64,000 nucleotides of DNA from Raja brachyura (Eukaryota): contig OY740783.1 of the NCBI GenBank assembly GCA_963514005.1, positions 56,172,001 to 56,236,000 on the forward strand. Direction: 5' to 3'. The position numbers and the translations under genes are program-made. This document shows, piece after piece, positions 60,315 through 64,000 of this stretch. The notes beneath the pieces are model-generated. The model worked only from the letters and a program-made list of their open reading frames with translations. It made no database searches and had not been told where the DNA came from. The first letter of the stretch is position 1. Every line of letters begins with the position of its first letter.

Positions 60315-63300
60315 ATGGACAACTACATGGTTCTCCCCTTCCCCCTTGCTCCTGTATGCACACATGTAAATTCTTTTAAGATTAAAAAAAAATAGAAAGC
60401 CACCCTTCTCCAAGGAGATGGTGAACTGTGTGACAGAACTTATAATGGTGAAGCAACTACAACAGACCTACCTTTCACTTCGGGTGTTTACCGTCTGACA
60501 TCTGGAATAACTAACTTGTCAGTATTTTACTTTTTTGACCAAAGCGTATAATGCCAAATTTCCTATTTAAAAGAGATCTGACCTCTACTGCCCATCTCCC
60601 TGCCAATCCCACTCTGCCCCACTATAAATTGATGGTTTGTTTTTGGGAAGTATTTTCTTCACTGGTTGTCTTCTACAATATTGAGTTGTTTACATGATTG
60701 CAGAATGGGTGTTTACTTTTAGAAGTGCACACTTACTGAAGCTTAAACCCAGGCAGATGCACAAATACCTTTATTGAATGATTCCAGATATGTATGGACA
60801 GGTATGTAACTCAGCACTAATATGCTTCTTTCCAGCTGAAAAATATCATAAAAAATGCTATACTGCATGCTCACACTAAACGTCTTCTGCGGTAATAACT
60901 TATCAACTTCAGTATGTTTATGCTTTCAATCATCATTATTAACAAACTGCCTGTAGCAATATATTGGTCATGGCTTATTTGATGGTAATCATGGTGGTAA
61001 TAGTGGTGGAAATTGCTGACATTTGTATCAATAGAGTAATGACTATGGTTGAATGTTTTGCTAATGCAAAACGGGTGGCAGTTTTGCTCGGCAATCTTTC
61101 CTTTTACTTCATCTGACAGCAAGTTGTTGGTGTGCAGTAGTGCTGTCATTTAAAACCTAACCTTGTAATGCCTGAAGGGTAGAATTCTTTTAATGTTCAT
61201 CTTGAAATGTCTCTTCAGCATGCAAGAAACGCATTATTAATATGCATTCCACTAATCAAATTCCTCACCGCATAATACTTCATTTGCAACTCTCCTTATT
61301 ATTTGCCTTGCTCTTTTCTAGGATGTTTAGCACTTTTACTGTTTAAAAAGTGACTTGAAGATTTTATTTTTCTGGAATTGTAGATCTTAATATTTTAATA
61401 GACGAGGATTAATACAGGCCTTTTTAAACTAAATTACCAAATTAAGTAATGCTGCTCATGCTCAACGTGATTTGCGTACAAATTAACGTCAAAAGAAAAA
61501 TCTATGGCCCACTTCTATTTACACCAAGATTCATTTGGATTGAATCTGGATAAATTGATGCAGGTAATCTAACCAAGCACATCCATTAGCGTTCTGTGCT
61601 CCAATATACTCCTCACATTGATACTTCACAGCCAGAGTAATAGATTATTTTACATTTTTTACTCATCTCCAGATCCCACGCCCAGATAAACAGCTGGGCT
61701 TTCAGTTATTTACATGGAAAGTAGAATGGACTGATAGAGCATGTCAGTCGAGATGAAAATAATTTCAGGTTCATGGGTGCACTGCATGCTTGTGTGCCTC
61801 TTCAGCTCTTCAGCCTCTTTAGCCTTTGGGCTAAATTAAATTCAAAACTTGCATGTTGCTACAGGTGCTTGTGTTTTTCACTTCAGGTTTGGGCCATAGA
61901 AATAGACCAACAGAAGTTAATGCACAGCACAGTCTGTTGCACTAACAATGCTTGGAGTATTTGGTGATGCTTGCATGCTTTAACTGCAGTTCATCTTCAG
62001 TGGAATTAATAATTGTCATTTTCATGGGCAAGGAAAGATGGCCCAGTAATGGCAGCATGTGCTTCAAATTGAAATAGATGTAATTGGTTGGTTCTAGGTG
62101 AAGTCAGGCACTACCTCACAGCAATCTCCCTACCACCCCTGTTCAATCATGACCTAAATTTGATTGCAGCACATGTGCTGGAAAATCTCCTTTAATTTTA
62201 AAGAATTTGTGTTGTAAAGGATTTGTAGTGTGCAGGTTAAACTTCAAGTTGACATAGCAGACCAACTTTTTTTAAAATAATGCTATGGGCATGGAAAACT
62301 CTTCAGTAACAGATGGGTACCAAATGGTTTCATTTATTGATTTTGCTATTTTATTAATTGTAAGTACCATTTGGAATTTTGGTTTTTATAACAAGAATAA
62401 AGATAGAAAAATGCAACAAATTTTAAAAGTAACCGTGTACCTTTTTAAAGCTCTCCACTACGCCTCTGTAGTTAATGGTGCTTATTTTGAATTTGATTAA
62501 AGGGGTAGTTTTCCCATTTCAGTGCACTAAATGTTTTCTAAATTTTCTATGACATCTGCAGTGATCTTGAAATTGGGCTCTGCCAACTTAAAAATTAAAT
62601 GATTATGATCTTGTTTCTTTAGACATGCACCACTTCCACAGAAATCTTTGAGCTGCCATGGTTCCTGTTATTCTTGTTATTCCCTTCTATAGCAATTTGC
62701 CCCTATCCACAATTCTTACCCACCCCACCCCACCCCACCCACAACTTTAGCACCATGCTTGGTGGTGTATATGATAGCCATATAATTGGGCCATCGTTTT
62801 GCCGATTCCTTATACGATCTTTCACAACAAATGCAGAGCAAGCACATTCCCACACTGCAATGAGCGGCTAATCATCAGCTATGGATTAAGGGATCTCTCT
62901 CTTTTTCCTGATCAATTTATGAACTGATCTAATCGGTGAGGACCTATTCTTTGAATTTTAGGTAGTCTATATCTCCATTAGCATATACACATTGATTTCA
63001 CACACACACACACCCCCCAACTCCATTAACTGATATGTGCATTAGCCAAATTACTGTTTAAAACATTTTAAAGTACTACCTTGGTCTTATATTCAAAAGT
63101 TATAATTACAAGTCTAATTTGTTTAAGCAAGTACACTGTATTCATAATAATGGATATGGTTTGTAAAGATTTTTTTGTCAACTACTAGCAAAAACGAATA
63201 ACAATACCATAAAACGGGCGATAATCTGGTTTACATTTAGCTTTAGTATCAATGTCATTCAATTCAAGATTGCTTTTACTGATAGTTACTGTACATGTGT

Positions 63301-63570
63301 AAAATGCTCAGTCATGATGTGTAAAATATTGTAGTCCTGTTGTATTGGATAATGGCCAAATCAGTGTAATTCCATATTTTATTTTTGCTATTAAATTAAC
63401 CTTAATTCATATTTCAGTCTCAGAAGAATCGTTAAAAATCTTGTTTCGGATATCACTGTGTGCAAGAGCTTTCTATGTTTTAAGTTTATGTAGTTTGATA
63501 GCTTTAACTGTAAAATGAAAGCAGCATTAAAATCAGTTCAATAAAGTTTAAAAATGTTTTATATACAAAC
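60315..63570 (+). other. PCSK5: Putative long 3' UTR of the PC5A isoform
   Basis: AT-rich sequence after the stop with no recognisable interspersed repeat until ~63690; the end is inferred from poly(A) signals. Confidence 0.6.
63526..63545 (+). terminator. Candidate distal polyadenylation signals (ATTAAA 63526-63531, AATAAA 63540-63545)
   Basis: Tandem hexamers at the end of the TE-free block; another AATAAA at 62396-62401 could be a proximal site. Confidence 0.55.
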
Positions 63571-63688
63571 ATCGTATGTCTGACATTATTATGGCAATAC
63601 ATTTTAATTGGTGAGGAAACATAATCCACTTTTGACACTTTTTAAGGACGTATCAAGTAATTGTTTGCTAAATTCATGTGTAATGTCA

Positions 63689-64000
63689 TCATAAGGTCAC
63701 ATGAAAGAATTAAAGGAAAGAATTGGGCCATTTGGCCCATCTAGTCTACCATTCAATCATGGTTGAGCTATCTCTCCCTCCTAACCCCATTCTCCTGTCT
63801 TCGCCCCATAACCCCTGACATCGTACTAATTAAAAATTTATCTATCTCTGCGTTAAAAATATCAATTGACTTGGCTTCCATAGCCTTCTGTGGCAAAGAA
63901 TTCCACAGATTCACCACCCTCTGACTAAAAATATACCTCCTCGGCTTCCTAAAGAAATGTCCTTTATTTCTGAGCCTATGACCTCTAGTCGTAGATTCTC
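63689..64000 (-). mobile_element. CR1 LINE 3' end (continues past the window)
   Basis: cataaggtca tail, homologous to 42032-42335. Confidence 0.85.

Noticed and set aside
60315-64000. PC5B-specific Cys-rich or transmembrane exons
   Set aside because: No CxxCxxxC-patterned exon with splice sites was seen after the PC5A stop; if present, they are outside the window

Overview
This is vertebrate genomic DNA, most likely from a cartilaginous fish (skate/ray/shark, inferred from HE1/V-SINE-like and CR1 repeat content). The window is the 3' part of one + strand gene, proprotein convertase PCSK5 (PC5/6). I assembled 14 coding exons from 127 to 60314 (1830 nt, 609 codons plus stop) with consistent splice phases. 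They encode the end of the subtilisin catalytic domain (oxyanion Asn, catalytic Ser), the P domain with RRGDL, furin-like Cys-rich repeats and the soluble PC5A-type terminal exon, followed by an apparently TE-free 3' UTR of about 3.2 kb. The introns are packed with CR1 LINEs, Rex/Babar-like LINE fragments, tRNA-derived V-SINEs, a Penelope-like element, Harbinger-like MITEs and a 1-kb TIR element. The most notable signals are a hammerhead-ribozyme core on the Penelope terminus and many fold-back mini-elements derived from it, a GC-AG intron with a competing frameshifting GT donor, an exon whose polypyrimidine tract appears LINE-derived, inverted LINE pairs bracketing short exons, and RBFOX/QKI motif clustering behind the weak-acceptor terminal exon. 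Exon coordinates were read base by base. Repeat boundaries are approximate and repeat family names come from motif recognition, not database search.
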